Source: Lama guanicoe
Lineage: Eukaryota
Direction of reading: 5' to 3'
Length of the DNA: 64,000 bases
NCBI GenBank assembly: GCA_013239625.1
Contig: MU054212.1
Location: 5,614,270-5,678,269, forward strand
The position numbers were made by a program, and so were the translations under genes. Under the pieces are notes generated by a model. It was not told where the DNA came from, did not search any database, and worked only from the letters and a program-made list of their open reading frames with translations. This document shows positions 1 through 13,828 of the stretch, piece after piece (the stretch's first letter is position 1; each line of letters starts with the position of its first letter).

Positions 1-30
<30 letters not shown>
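1..30. repeat. (AT)n microsatellite
   Basis: 15 AT units at the window start. Confidence 0.95.
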
Positions 31-33
<3 letters not shown>

Positions 34-1079
34 AAAAGGTTAAATGAGCAGCTTAGTTATTTGGAGGCAGCTGACGTCAGACAGCTGCTTAGTCACTACA
101 GGGATGGATGAACGGATGGGCAGGGGATGAGCCAAAGGATACTGGACAGAGCAGAGACTAAAAGTGCAAGAAATCTGGCTGAGTATCTTGGAATGCTTTT
201 GCCACATTTTACCTAACTAGTACTAACTCAACTTAATACTAATCTCTGAGCACCCTCCCCCCCACCATGCAGTTACAGGATAAAACTGTGACCGTCAGTC
301 CCACCTAGTGTATTACTTACATGGAGAAAATGTTTATCCCCATGTCATAAAATCTTTAGATCCTGAAAATATAATTTGAAGCCAATTTGCTAAAATGAAA
401 AAAAGAAGGAAATTTGATGCTAGGAAATGCCAGATGTAGACATGGGACAACTCCCCTCTCCCCACTCCTCACCAAAGAAAAATGAGCACCTGAGTACACA
501 GTTACAAAGGTACTAAATACCTAAGTGGAAGCCAAGTTAATTTATGTTTTCCATGACTGTCACATTTTTCTTTATTATTACTATTTATTCAAGTTAAACG
601 CCTTGCCTGAACTAAGAGCTCGGCCTTTCCCTTAGCCCTTCCCGGGTAAAAGTAAGAAAGCCCTGGCTAGTTCATCTCTCCACCCAGAATCGTCTTCCTC
701 TTCTCCCAGCTTAGTGAAACTGAGCACGTTAAGTAACTACAGCCTATTTAATGACTAGTAGCAAAAGGAAACCTCGGAACCTTCTGGGCCAAATGCCTGA
801 GGAGTGAATTCATTCCACGACTCCTTAGAACAACACCAGAACAAGACTGAACAGCGGATTCCCTTGAAAACCTTTAACATCTTGGCTTGAGCAAACCAAA
901 CATCTGGCCTTCCAGGTCACAAGTCTCTCAACTCTTCCTTGAATTTCCCTCAGATCTGGTTTTGTTTTCCCAGTCTACCTTCTCCGCCTTCCACTCCCGC
1001 CTTACTCTCCAGCCCAGACTGAAGGAAGGAAGTGCACAGTACCGTGCTTGGACTCCCTAATCCTTTGGTTGTTACTCAC

Positions 1080-1142
1080 CAGGAGACAGAAGAGGAGCTG
1101 CTTACAGAAGATGCTCCCTGGGGCAGCGGAGGCCACAGCCAT
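1080..1142 (-). CDS. DSC1: Desmocollin-1 coding exon 1 (signal peptide); gene continues left of the window
   Basis: Minus strand ATG at 1142-1140 gives MAVASAAPGSIFCKQLLFCLL (63 nt), then the donor CTG|GTGAGT. Human DSC1 begins MALASAAPGSIFCKQLLFSLL. Confidence 0.96.
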
Positions 1143-1520
1143 CAGAAGCGGTCCCAGTGGTCAGGGATGGTGGCTGGATAACAGGGCAGCTTGAGATGCA
1201 CAGGGCGGCTTCCGCAGACTCCCAATGGCTGGCACTTGTGCAGGGAATTCTGCAGATGAGCTTGGTTTGGAGAAGAGTCAGGAGGCAAGTGGTAAAAACG
1301 ACAGGAGGAGGAGCAGCAGAATTGCTTTGCTCCTATTCCCGGGTCAGTCTTCGCCCTTGCAATTCAATTACCTCTGAATGTCAAGAGGTTTTCCTGCAAG
1401 TGGGGAGGGTGGGGTGCAAGACACCCCAAAACTCAGCCACTTAGCTCCTCCTCACAGCTTTCAAAATTTCTCCTGCCACTTGACACATAGGCAGAAGTGA
1501 CAGGGAACACCCTCAGTCCT
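1143..1520 (-). promoter_or_regulatory. DSC1: DSC1 5'UTR and proximal promoter (approximate)
   Basis: Unique sequence directly upstream of the ATG, with CACCC/GC-box-like motifs near 1400-1416. The TSS cannot be placed from sequence alone. Confidence 0.55.
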
Positions 1521-2019
1521 GGGCCCTCCTCCTTTTCCCCCCAGGTTGATGCTCTGAAGTCCTCCCCAGTTATTACCCACTCCCACGTCCTCCCCTCCTT
1601 CTTAGCCTTATTAACCTGCTTTGCCTCTGGGTACAAACATAGACTGTGCATGAACTCCTTGCGAGGAATTGATGCCTTCTCAGCTGCCGTTGGCAAATCG
1701 GAGACACACAGGCATGTGCGATCACATCCATCAGAAGTTATCTCCCCATCTGAGTGTTTAGGTGTAGTCTGTCACACACAGCACTGTGGTTCTGGGCTGT
1801 AGTCCTGCCAGGGACCTGGCACTCCAGTCTAGGGCAGCAACTGCACGGACGCATTGCGTCCGCTCCTTCTTACTGTCTGCCCACTGTGCTCCGATTCTCC
1901 AGCTGTCACAGGAACTGACCACGGTGTACATAGACCTTATAAAAGTAAGTGAATAAAGAAATAGCGAGGGTATAATTTTCTTACTGTATTCTTTAAAATT
2001 TTAAAAACTCAATTTATTT

Positions 2020-3860
2020 AAACTAAAAATATAAAACGAGTTCACCCATGTCTCCCACTCTCCATCACCCTCCCCAGCCCCAGCCTCTTCTCTTGAGCCA
2101 CCAGTCTGTTCTCTGTACCTATGAGCTTGAGCTTGGTTTTTTTATTTTTTATTTTCGGAGATTCCACACGTACGTAAGACGATGAGTATTTGTATTTCTC
2201 TGTCCAACTTATTTCACTCAGTATAATGCCCTCCAGGCCCACTCATGTTGTCACAAATGACGAGGTTTCACTCTTTTTCAAGAATGACATGTAGGTTGAT
2301 TCCGTATCTTGGCTCGTGTAAACAATGCTGCGGTGAACATAGGGGTGCATATGTCTTTTCATATTAGCATTTTAATTTTCTTTGGATAAATACCCAGAAG
2401 TGTAATTGCTGGAAATGGTAGTAATATTTTTAATTTCTTGAGGAAACTCCATAGTTTTCCATAGAGGCTGCACCGATTTGCATCCTCACCGACAGTGTAC
2501 AAGGGTCCCCTTTTCTCCACATCCTCACGACGCTTGTTATTTCTTGTCTTTGATCACAGCCGTCCTGACAGGTACGAGGTGATATCTCATTGTGGTTTTG
2601 GTTTGCATTTCCCTGATGATTAGTAACGCTGAGCAATGTTTCATGTACCTGTTGTCCATCTGTATGTCTTCTTTGGAGAAATGTCTATTCAGATCATCTG
2701 CCCATTTTAAATCAGATTGCTTTTTCTTGCTATTGAGTTGTACGCATTCTTTGTATTTTTGGGATATTTGTCCTAATCAGATACGTGATTTGCAATTATT
2801 TTCTCCCATTCAGGAGGCGGTCTTTTCATTTTGTCGATAGTTTCCTTTGCTGTGCAAAATCTTTCTAGTTTTGCTGTTAGTCTCCCTTGTTTATCTTTGC
2901 TTCTGTTGTCTCTGCCTCTGGTATCAGACTCAAAAAAAAATCACAGCCAAGATTTATGTCAAGGAGATTACCGCCTTTTAGTTTTGTGGTTTCAGGTCTT
3001 ATGTTAAGCTGTTAGTCATTCTGAGTTAATTTCTGCATATGGTGTAGGACAGTGGTCCAGTCTCATTCTTTTGCATACGACTGTCCAGTTTTTTTCTAGC
3101 ACCGTTTATTGAAGAGACTGTCCTTCCCCCATTGTATATTCTTGGCCCTTTTGTCATAAATTAAATGACTATATATGTGTGGGTTCATTTCGGGGCTCTC
3201 ATTCTGTTCCACTGATCTATGTGTCTATCTATTTTTGTTTCAGTAATCTACTATTTAAAAAAAAATAATATTAGGTGGTACTTTGTGTAGAGCACATCCT
3301 GGTTGAGGCCTTCTTTGCCCTCCTTGAGGAAGTAGCACCCTTTGGCCAGCATCCTCCACCCTTGGCCAGCATCCTCCACTCTTGGCATGCTCTCCCGGCA
3401 GCCCATTCAGGAAACCTCATGGCCTGGGGAGCACCTGTCTGCCAACACCCGCCCCTGTGCACCCAGGCCTTAAGCCTCTCCAAACCTGGCAGGTGGGGCT
3501 GGGGAAGTGCCCCCCCCTTGGCTTGCAGCTCCATGGGCACATAGGGCCTACGTGGTTCCAGCCACCAGGCCTGGCTCACTGCACTACCGGCATCTTCCTT
3601 TACAATCAGGCCCAGCTGGCAAGACACATGGGGTCTTCAGTTTTGCTGCTGCGGCTCCATTCCTGCTCTGGCAGCTACCACCCCAGTGCAATACCGTACA
3701 ATTTTAATCACTGTAGCTTTGTAGTAGAGTTTGACATCAGGAACTATGATGCCTCCAGCTTTGTTCTTCCTTCTCAAGACTTACTCTGGCTTGTCTGGGC
3801 CTTTTCTGGTTCCATACAAATTTTGCGATTGTTTGTTTTATTTCTGCAACAAATTCCCTT
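2020..3860 (-). mobile_element. LINE-1 3' region (ORF2 end and 3'UTR), interrupted by an insert at ~3258-3688
   Basis: ORF-track fragments resemble L1 ORF2 (LEGIILSEISWTEKYKY; IAKFVWNQKRPRQA); typical L1 nucleotide motifs. Confidence 0.9.
3258..3688 (-). pseudogene. GC-rich, probably mRNA-derived insert in the L1; parent gene not identified
   Basis: Abrupt GC-rich block. L1 text on both sides overlaps like a decayed TSD (cagtaatctactattt / caataccgtacaattt). Broken minus frame ends ...AKGCYFLKEGKEGLNQDVLYTKYH. Confidence 0.5.
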
Positions 3861-5839
3861 GGAATATAAATACTAATTATTTTCTTATTCCATTCTTTTT
3901 TATTATTCATGAGATGTTTTTCCTTGAATATCTGTATTTGAGAACACCTATGATCTGAGGCCAACTCTTTTTAAAATCACTCCATTCATCCAAATTAATT
4001 GTACATTACAGGACATCCGAGCCTAAAAGTACAATATTCTATCAAGCTTAGTTTTTTAAACACTAATGACCCTTGCAATGAAAACTATAGCATCATTTCT
4101 CCTGTCAACTCAGGAGCTCAATATCAATCACACACAAGACCAGTGATGGAAGTTATGGAAGGAGGGTAAATATTTTCAAATGGTAATTGTTTAATTTGGG
4201 GTATAAAAGAGGGAACTAAAATTCATATTTAACAAGCCATTGCTAAGAATCAGAAGCCACGACAGGCATTTCACTGAATCCTCCCAAACAGTCCAATGAG
4301 GGCTCCTTTTAGATGGCAAAACCACATGAAAGTAAGTAACCACCTTTCTCCCATTAACCCAGAGACGATGGAGAAGCAAACATTTGAACCCAGGTCTGTT
4401 TGCCGCCAAAGTGCTACTCTTTGCTCTCATGCTATTTTGATGATAAATGTGTATCAATATATTGAAAATGAGCAGAAAATGATGATCAGGTATGTGAGAA
4501 TCCTGTCTTGTTGAACATTAAGCCAGTCTGAGACCAGTGGAACGTATTGAGAAGCAGTTATAACCTACACCTCTTAATTACAGTCAGCCGTTCCAGAATA
4601 CTGTGGGGCATCTGGCCTCTTTTGTGAGAGTCATTCTATTGTCAAGTAGAACGGCTGTTAAACTACCTACTTCATAAATTTTCATACTTGAAATTAACTC
4701 TTCCTACTCTTGCTGCTTATATTTCTGTCTCATGTTTAACTGAAAAGTAAAGTTATAGCTCACTCCCCATGCTGCTGAAAAACGAAGGATGAAAGATTTT
4801 CTTGTGCTTACCTGACAGTGTATGTAGAGAGGGAAATGATAACATAACTGCTTCTTTGGAATCAGAGGCCAGGAAGGTTTGGGAAGGAAAAGGCCCTGGA
4901 AGATGAACAAAATGATGTCTCATAGTATTTTATTGCCAAAGGTACAACCACCAATAAGTATATACTTTGTATCTGCACTGGAATTTGATCTCTCAATGAG
5001 AAAATAAAATCACTTTAATTGGGTATTTTTATATTTGACACTTTGGGAGAAAAGAAAAGAATGGTAATATAGAAATAGGAATAATTACCTAAATGTATAC
5101 AGGTAGCTCCAAGTGTAATTCTGTCTGGGTGTATTTCAGCATAATTATCTAACTATAGACTTAGATAATAAGCATATATATTTAATGTTCTTAATAATGT
5201 GCATATATATATACATATATATATTTCTGAATTCAAACACTCAAGTTCTTTAATTCTTCAATCCTAGAAACTGGGACTATGCTTTTCAGCTAATGAAGTC
5301 ATCATTACATCTTCCCATATTTTGACAAAAATTAAATTGGCAATTCTGAACAAATTAGCATGTATTGGCCTGTAAAAAAGACACAAGGCATTGCTAAGTT
5401 TGAAAGAATATTCTCCATGGATCCTGGAAAAGTGATTTTTTAAAAAAATCATACTTCTTTTAGCCTGCCTGCTACACGTTTTTTCTCCAATTAGCTCTCT
5501 TTCTTGACAGTAATAATAATAAAAAAACCTTTCATAAACATTAACTCAAATCACTGATTTGCAAATCTGTCACATCAACGATATTTTTTCCCATATTTGC
5601 TACTTATACACAAGGGCTTCCTTAAAAATCGAAGTATTTTATAGGAAAACAATTTAATATTACAATAAAATAAAATTACAGTGAAGCTGACTATCCTAAA
5701 CCAAGCTAAATGAAAACAAAGTATCCCTTTAAGTTTCCTGCCATCAGATTATTCAGAAAGAGCTGTATTTTATTTTTATAAGTATGTTTGTTGTATTTTG
5801 TTTGTTTTAATCTATGCCTAAATTAATAGCATAACTGAA

Positions 5840-6060
5840 TGACTGATAGTGTAGAACAGTACTTAAGAGCTTTAAACTCCGGGTTCAACTCCTGGCTTTG
5901 CTACTTAGTAGCAATATACCATTGGGTGATTGACTTAATCCTTCTGTGCCTCACTCTCTTCATCTATAAAATGGGGACAATAATAGCTACTAATTTATAG
6001 ACTATTATGAGGATAAACATGGTATTACATAGAAAGCACTTTGAACAGTGTCTGGCTTAT
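5840..6060 (+). mobile_element. MIR SINE
   Basis: MIR core-like text (ctgtgcctcactctcttcatctataaaatggggacaataatag). Confidence 0.8.
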
Positions 6061-7199
6061 GAGCAATAATATTTTATACCATATAATTGCCCAAGTGTGT
6101 AATAAAAAGTTAAAGAGATTAAATTTTAATGGAAACAAACAAAATTATTGCAAATCCAGGTTCTCATGTAAAAACTGTCTAAAGATATACATATTTATCC
6201 ATTGAGGAAATATTTAAAAGTTCATATATTGGGCCTTGCCCTCCGTAATGAGATGAGCGCCATGTACAGAAAGGAAGATGGAAATACTATTTTAAAAGGC
6301 ACACTTTGTGGAGGACACAAATATAATCCTCTTTCCAGCTCAAAACATAGGTTCAAAGGAGATACTGTAGCAAATATTAAACATCTTAGCAATTTAGATA
6401 GAAATTAAGGAGAGACCATGATTACATGCTGAGTTCAGAGACTTCTGTAAACATGAAGAATTTACTTTAAATATGTAAATACTGTATAATCAGTTTTCCA
6501 CAGCAGATTTAAAGTCACACAGAAAAAGATTTCAATCGAAAGACCCCTGTGATCCTTGCATTTTTTTAGATTTTAGTTTGAGGTGTCAGGACTATATATA
6601 CCTTCCCATGAATTTCAAAGAACGTGTCTTACAGAAATACAGCTCTAAATTTCATCAAAATTGTTTATCCACAGCTAACTCGCAGAAAGTGCTGGTTGTA
6701 AATAAATTCAAGTCCTCAAAACAGCCACTTACTGATGGAATCATTATCTCTGTCAGGTGAGACAATTTATTCCAAAAGTCTTTGGACTGGCAGGAACGCC
6801 TTATACACTGATGAAGCCCTAACAAGACGCTTGGGGTTAAGTACATGACAGAAGAGAACAGAAGCTACAAGGGTACAGCAGGGTATGTGATCCTAATACG
6901 GAAGATTAGAAATGTATGGACAAATTAAAAAGAAGTCAACTAGAAAAGACATCTGGGTCTCAGGAGTTCAGTGTGCAGTGGAAAGCCCCTTCAATTCCAG
7001 TAAACTCGTGAACTTTTATCTGGGTATAAGGTTATTAAAAATTAGAAGTAACTCATAGGGACTGACAACTACTAGCGATGATTTCTCAGGGCTGTTTGCA
7101 CAGAATATTGATTAACTTTACTTAACGTAACCACTTTCCATTATTATCAGAATTGTTGGCAGACTTATGAAAAGAAATATCAGCACAAATATGTCTAAT

Positions 7200-7700
7200 T
7201 TAGAACTCTCTCTAGTCAGCACACACCCCAAACTCGAACTGGCTTAACAGAAACAAAACAAAACGAAATTGTTGAGGATAAAGGAATTTGTCAGGTCATG
7301 TAACTGGAAAGTCCAGGGATCTCCTAGATTCAGGCATAGCTCAAGTCAAGGGATCAACTGACGTCACCAAGATACTGGTTCTCTCCATCTCTGAGCTCTG
7401 CCTTTCTTTGTGTTGGTTTCATTATCATTCGGTTCACTCAGTGCGGAGGCAAAGATGGTCACCAGACGCTCCAAGATTACATTCTATCGTTTAGAAATCG
7501 GTAGTTGAAAAAGTTTATCTTACTTTGAATAGTTGGAGCAAAACACAATCCCGCTGGAGAATCTTGCCCAAAAGCCTTAAGTCACGGGTTGGCCAGACCA
7601 CATGGGCAGAAAGTGGTGAGGAGGTCTTGCTCAGAGACTGTCATCTGTTGACAGAAAAAGGAGGAATAGTGGCTAGAAAAGCAAATCAAAAGATGTCCAC
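7200..7700 (+). mobile_element. MaLR (MLT1-type) LTR remnant
   Basis: Motifs aactggcttaa...catgtaactggaaagtccagg...ttcaggcatagct typical of old MLT1 LTRs. Confidence 0.6.
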
Positions 7701-10700
7701 TAAACTGACATTTTCTTAATTGTCCCCTCGGTAACCAGTCATTCATTAACATCTTCTACATCCTAAGCACTACCCATGGTGTTGCTGATTGGAAGACGTA
7801 ATCTCTGCCCTCAGGAAGCCCACAATCTACTATGGGTTTTGAAACTTAGTTAAAGTACTTCATATGGTATGGTCAGGACTAAAATCCTGCTGAAATGAAC
7901 ATAATGAATATTTCAGACTTTTATTCACTTCCTAATATTTCTGCCAATTATTATTTTCTTTGGTGGATTTCAAAGTTAAAAGTTTGAAAAATGTTTTTTT
8001 TTAACTGATAGAATCTTACTGTCAATTTTTTATATTATATAGTAACAATCATATTTGTAAATGTTGACTCTTAAACATAAGAATACATACACTCACTACC
8101 TAACCTTTGCTAAGACAGAAAATCAGCAGGGAAAACTTCACATAACTTCCAGTCTAGTTTCTGTGTATAGAATTTTTAGTGTTGTTATATCCTCCAGTCT
8201 AGTTTTTGTGTATATCCTCCAGTCTAGTTTCTGTGTATAGAATTTTTAGTGTTGTTACACTGTGCTATAAGTATAATTTTGTAGCATGTATTGTCCCCTT
8301 AATTGCATAAAACAAACATTTGTCCTATGTTACGACAAGGCTTATATAGATTTGTTACTGACTGTATTAAACTTTTTCAAATAAATAATTTACAATTGAG
8401 TTATCCATTTTCTAACATTGAGTATTTAAGTTGTTTCTAATTTTTCATTATTATAAAGGCCATCTTGATAGATAAACCCTTTTCTAGATTTGGGAGTCTA
8501 TTTTTGAGATAGAGTCCCACAAGCAGAAGTTCTAGGTCAAAAAATTTGATGAAATTTAATGGCTTTTGGTATATAAAGCCAACTTTCATCACAAAAGCAG
8601 AGTAACAATCTGTATTCCTACTGACAGTGAGTGCAAAAACAAATATCCTACCAAGATTTAATCTTATCATTTCACTAAAAACCCTGCTATTCTGATAAGT
8701 AAGACATTCTAATTTTCATCTGAATTACTTTCCTGACGACGTTTTCACAGCTGCCAAGCCATTGTAACTTTTTTTTAATGACGTACATGTTCTGTTAATA
8801 TGTTGGCATTATATTTGGAACTATAAGGAAACTGGCACATTTGGAATAAACCAAACACGTTAATAACTAAAACTCTCTCTTCGACGGAGCTTCATTTTAA
8901 GATAAGAAGGTTGTTACACTTAATTAATAACCTTTCATAACTTTGAAATTGAATCTGATGATAGTGCAACGCTATTCTTCCCTGAGAAACTATTGGTATT
9001 TTCGGACGAAAAAAACCACAAAATTCACCCGGAGATTTATGAGTTGATTTGTTGACTAGATTGAAATACATGTGTTGTCACTTCTATAGCAAATGTGATA
9101 CACACTCAAAGGGATCATTTCTAATATCTCTACTTTTGAACTAAAAATAAAACCCATCCCCCAATTCCTGCGGTTTGTTTTCGATGTAATAAAAACAAAC
9201 GTCTATTGATCAGATTCTGTACAGTGTTTTATAAAATGCCCCTAAGAATTGCTCTTATCTAAGGTTAATTGAGCAGACCGTCATCTATCTCCACGGTCCT
9301 GCTGCTGCTTTGTGGGCCACAGGGTGAGATGAGGGATTAGGCTGCTGGCCTTTACAATGGTTGCTGTGAACCACTATTTCTTATATACTGGAAGATAATT
9401 AGAGAGATGAAAACGGGAACAGAAACTGCTCTGCATGATCAAACACAACACGATTGATCTCCTGTGTGACTAGAGAAACACTCCGTAAATTGTTTTGTCT
9501 TTTGGTAGAAGTTTCCACATGTGAATTTGAACTAGAATGTTTCTGAGAACGCTCGTCTGTACTTCGAAGATGTGCATGGGCACACACTGTCCTTCTCCCA
9601 GGACAGGTCAGAGGACTCACGTGCAGTGAGAAAGCTCAGCTTTACCTCAACTTAGCCTAAATGGTTATGCTCACTCTTTCGTTATTTTACTATTATTCTG
9701 AAAGGAAAGCACATTATGGTCTGTTTCGCCGAAGCCCTGGGGGTGTTATTTTAAACCAAATAATTCAAATTCTGGGGAATGCACTGCTATACCACTATGT
9801 CTTGTGAAAGATCTTAATGAAGGGAAGGGATATACAGATTCACACCATGAGCAACTACAGACAGGGTCCTGGGCCAGGCGAGAAAGTGGAATTAATTAAT
9901 AACTTCCGGTAACTTATTTTCTTTTCTTTCCCTTTTTCTGCTTGAAAGGAATACTCATGCTTTGAATTGTTTTAATTTTTCCTGATGTTATAAAATTTTG
10001 TAACTGTTCACATATTTTCATATATTTATAATTTTAAATATATACATTTTAATTTATATCTCTTATATATGGAGAGAGAGCCCAAGGCTGGGAAGAAAAT
10101 CATAGGAGGAACCAGGTCATAGAAGAGAAACAGGCTCCAACTTACATGGGCTCAAGAGTGGCCTGGCAAATACCCCGTTTACCTAATATACTCAAAAATG
10201 GATACTAGAAAATGAATATAGCTTGAAGGGGACAGTTGAGTCGTGCTATTTAAAAAAAAATGGAATGTAGAGCATTCTACAACCTAATTCTTTTTTAAGT
10301 AAAATAATTGCATACATCTCAAGGTATCAAAGCAAAACCACAACATTCGAGATTTTAAAATTCTGTGGCACAAAATTAGAGACAGTAGTGATAGTAAAAA
10401 GAAATTAACAGAAAACACCCAAGTTTATCAATTTTAAAATAATACGCTTGACAGAAATATTAAACATGAATAAGAGATGAAAAGACTATAAGAAAGAGAA
10501 AGAAAGAGAAGACATGAGAAAAGATGGAAGAGAAGAAGAATGACTGATTCACCTAATTTTACTGGAAGCTTTTGTAAGATTTACGACATGATCAAAGCAG
10601 CTCAGCATGGCTAGAACAAAGGGAAACAGTAAAACAGATGTTTATTTCTGAGCTGATTAAGAAAAACACCATAAATCAACTTGGAATAATTCCTTTAAGC

Positions 10701-12087
10701 TAAATACCTTATAGTGTCCAGACCCAACTGGGAAAAGCCTGAATGAACCTAAAATTGCCTTCACCAAAAAGGACTTGAAACTTTGCTCAATTGGTTTTCC
10801 AGATCCCTGATGCTAAAGACCCTGCTCTTAAAGTTATTAATTATTCAAATTTTACTTTTTCCTTCAAAATTTATAATTTAGAATAAATATCTTCTTTAAA
10901 GTATTAAAATGCCTTATTAGAATTTATAGACCCTCCATTTCCAAATGAAAGAACTCTGAGAGGGAAAAGATATACCCAAGTCTTGGATGGAGCCAAATTT
11001 AGATCTTCTGCCTATAAGTCCATAGATTGGGAAAATCTTTAATATTATCAGTTGTATCATACAAGAAATAGACAAAACATAGACTGGAAAGAAATATTCT
11101 CTTAGACATCTAAATTTCTATTTTCATTAATAAAATATATAAGAACTTTTAACTCAGGTATAGTGTATAAGGTATAAAATAGTAATGGGATGGAGAAAGG
11201 GAAGATAGTAAGCCTTGGATATTTTTGGACCAAACTACATTAAAAATACACGTCTTCACTTTACATTTGTCTTAACTGTGGTTTCCTTTATGTAAATAGA
11301 TTAAGAGTGATTAACATTAAACAAAAGAAGCTACACCCTTTAAAGCATACGCCCTTTATGAAATAGCCTCAATTAGCCACTGGTCTCAAATTATCATTGC
11401 ATTATAGGTGCTTCTGCAATCAATTGGTAACAGACAATTCCGCTGCCGTGGAATAATTTAGGGAAAGTGAGTCTAGAAATAGCTGAGCTTAGGAAACCCC
11501 AGATTTAATTTGCAGAGTTTGGATTCAGATTGGACCAATACTTTGCCAGGTACTCAGACAGTGTGAGTAAGAGCCCACTATTTATTAATATGTTTCTGTT
11601 ATGTGTCGATCACATTGCTTGAGAATGCAAGAACCACAAAATGAACAGGAGAGAACAATTATGCCCTAAAAATGCTTACAAATGTTGGTAAACAGACAAA
11701 ATGCATATGTATCAAAGAGAGAACAGAACAAGAAATATATAAACGCATGCTAAGTACTGGTACAGAGCTTTGGTTTCAGCCTTCAGACGGACATTCACAA
11801 AGAGCAGGATAATCAGGAAACCAAACAGTCAGCACATCTTAGTTAACCAAATACGAGGCGACCTGTGAGGAATCTGAGCATAAGACAAGGATCCTGAACT
11901 CAGACAAAGTAAAAATGCATTACAACAAGAAGAAAAAAATTAATGGTGCCTTGTTAACGGTAAGTGAATCAGAGGCTCAGAAAGAGATTAATATATGCTG
12001 TAAATGTAGAAGTGAAAGGTAGACGGGAACTAGATATGCAGCAGGAGGATGGAGAGAGAACACCTGGTTATAAGAGAGGCAGAGGAA

Positions 12088-12285
12088 CACAGTCACCCCT
12101 CTGCATCCACAGGTTGCAGTCAGCCCTCCGTATCTGCGGATTCCAACTGGTGGGTACCGAGAGCCGACTGTACTACTGTCATTTTATAGAAGGCACTTAA
12201 GCATCTGTGGATTTGGGTATCTACAGGGTGAGGGGAGGAGGGAGGGTCCTGGAACCAATCCCCCTCAGACACACTCAACTATATA
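12088..12285. mobile_element. TcMar-Tigger-derived MER2-like element
   Basis: cagtcagccctccgtatctgcgg...gggtcctggaaccaatcccc. Confidence 0.7.
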
Positions 12286-12889
12286 TGTGAACAGGGAACA
12301 GATCAAAATGGATTGGAGGGAACAGCTAGTCCAGGTAGAACCAACTTTATCAACTGATATTTAGCGTGCCTCTTCCACGTGTCTGGTGCTTTTCTAGGTT
12401 CTCAGGAGACAGGCATGGTCTCGTCTCATAGGGTAACAAAAGAAACAGAGAAAAAATATAACACTGTATGATGAAATAACAGCTATGAACAAATGCCTTG
12501 AGAGTACAGAGAGGAGAGGAAGTCATTCCGTGTGGTGGATAGGAAAGCAATCAATGCCGTTAGATTTGGTGTGTCACAGAGGAGGAGGTACCATTTCAGT
12601 GGCCCTTGAAAAGTGAATTGAAGTTAACCAGGTAAAGGAATCCACAAGGAAGCAGCTCTCTTCAGAGAAGTTTATAATCAAAACCAAAAAAACACGAAAG
12701 AACAATGCTTATTCAGGAAATGACCAGAAACTCCCAGGATGGGGGAACTTGAAACTGTAGCGTACACAGAAAAGTTAAAGAAACTGAGAAATTCCACCCT
12801 ACAGAAGGGAAGATTCAGTGGTGATAAGACACAATAGTTGTTTCCAAATATTTATTCCATAGGGAAAATCTTACATTTGGTTTTGTTGT

Positions 12890-13360
12890 TGTTGTTATTT
12901 TTATGTTTTAGAACAGTTTCAGATTTACGGAAAAGTTGCAAAGACAGTACAGAGAGTTCCCACACACTTCACACACACTTTCCCCTATTATTAATCCCTT
13001 ACATTAATATGGTACAGTTGCTATAATTGGTGAGCTGGGATTGATACATTATTATTAACTAAAGTCCACACTTTTCCCACATTTTCCCTTAGTTTCTACT
13101 TAACGGTCTCTTTCTGGTCTAGCATCCCATCAAGGAAACCACATTACATATATTAGTTGTGTCTTCTTAGGCTCCTCTTGTTCTTCCTTTAACAGTCTCT
13201 CAGACTCCTTGTTTTTGATGATCTTGACAGTTTTAAAGAGCACTGGTCAGGTACTGTATGTCTTACGGGATTTGTCTGATATTTTTCCTATGTTTAGATT
13301 ATGGTAAAGTGCATTTTCATTACATCATATCAAGATACATAACCATCAACATGACTTACT
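12890..13360 (-). mobile_element. Old L1 3'UTR fragment
   Basis: agatttacggaaaagttgcaaagacagtacagagagttccc, typical of L1MC-type 3'UTRs. Confidence 0.7.
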
Positions 13361-13609
13361 TTGCACTTGTTCTGAAACATGCTAAGAAGTTGGAAACATT
13401 CATAAGGAGAGAATTAAAGAGAAAGATTTAAATAAATTGGTTAGAAGGACTCAGGATCAGAGAATGAAGTCACTTGCCTGAGTTCATTCACACGGCTAGT
13501 AAGTAGCTAAACCAAGGCTTAAATCCAATTTGTCCCAATTTTAAGTTTCTTCTTCCTCTTCGTTGGGCTATAATGCACAGTAACTGAGCGAATGCCCATA
13601 AATTTCCCG

Positions 13610-13828
13610 CCAGGGGTATGCTGAAGCTGTGTGTCCTGGTTCTGTATAGCCAACTATGCCCATCTCTTCCAAAATCTATACTCAGAGACATCACGCTGGT
13701 AGCTTGAAACCAACTACAGTGGGGATATTTACACCACAACAAACATCCTATGTTCTAAATCAGACAGTTTTCTAAAAACTTTCTTCTGGAGAGTTAGTTG
13801 TTAAACAACCAACAAGAATAACATTGAT
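13610..13828. mobile_element. MER63-like hAT DNA transposon
   Basis: catcacgctggtagcttgaaac...gggatatttacaccac...gttgttaaaca. Confidence 0.65.

Noticed and set aside
1847..1861. Short palindrome ggacgca-t-tgcgtcc
   Set aside because: A 7-bp stem is expected by chance in 64 kb.
3382..3876. Longest ORF in the track (164 aa)
   Set aside because: Chimera of the GC-rich insert and antisense L1; no credible product.
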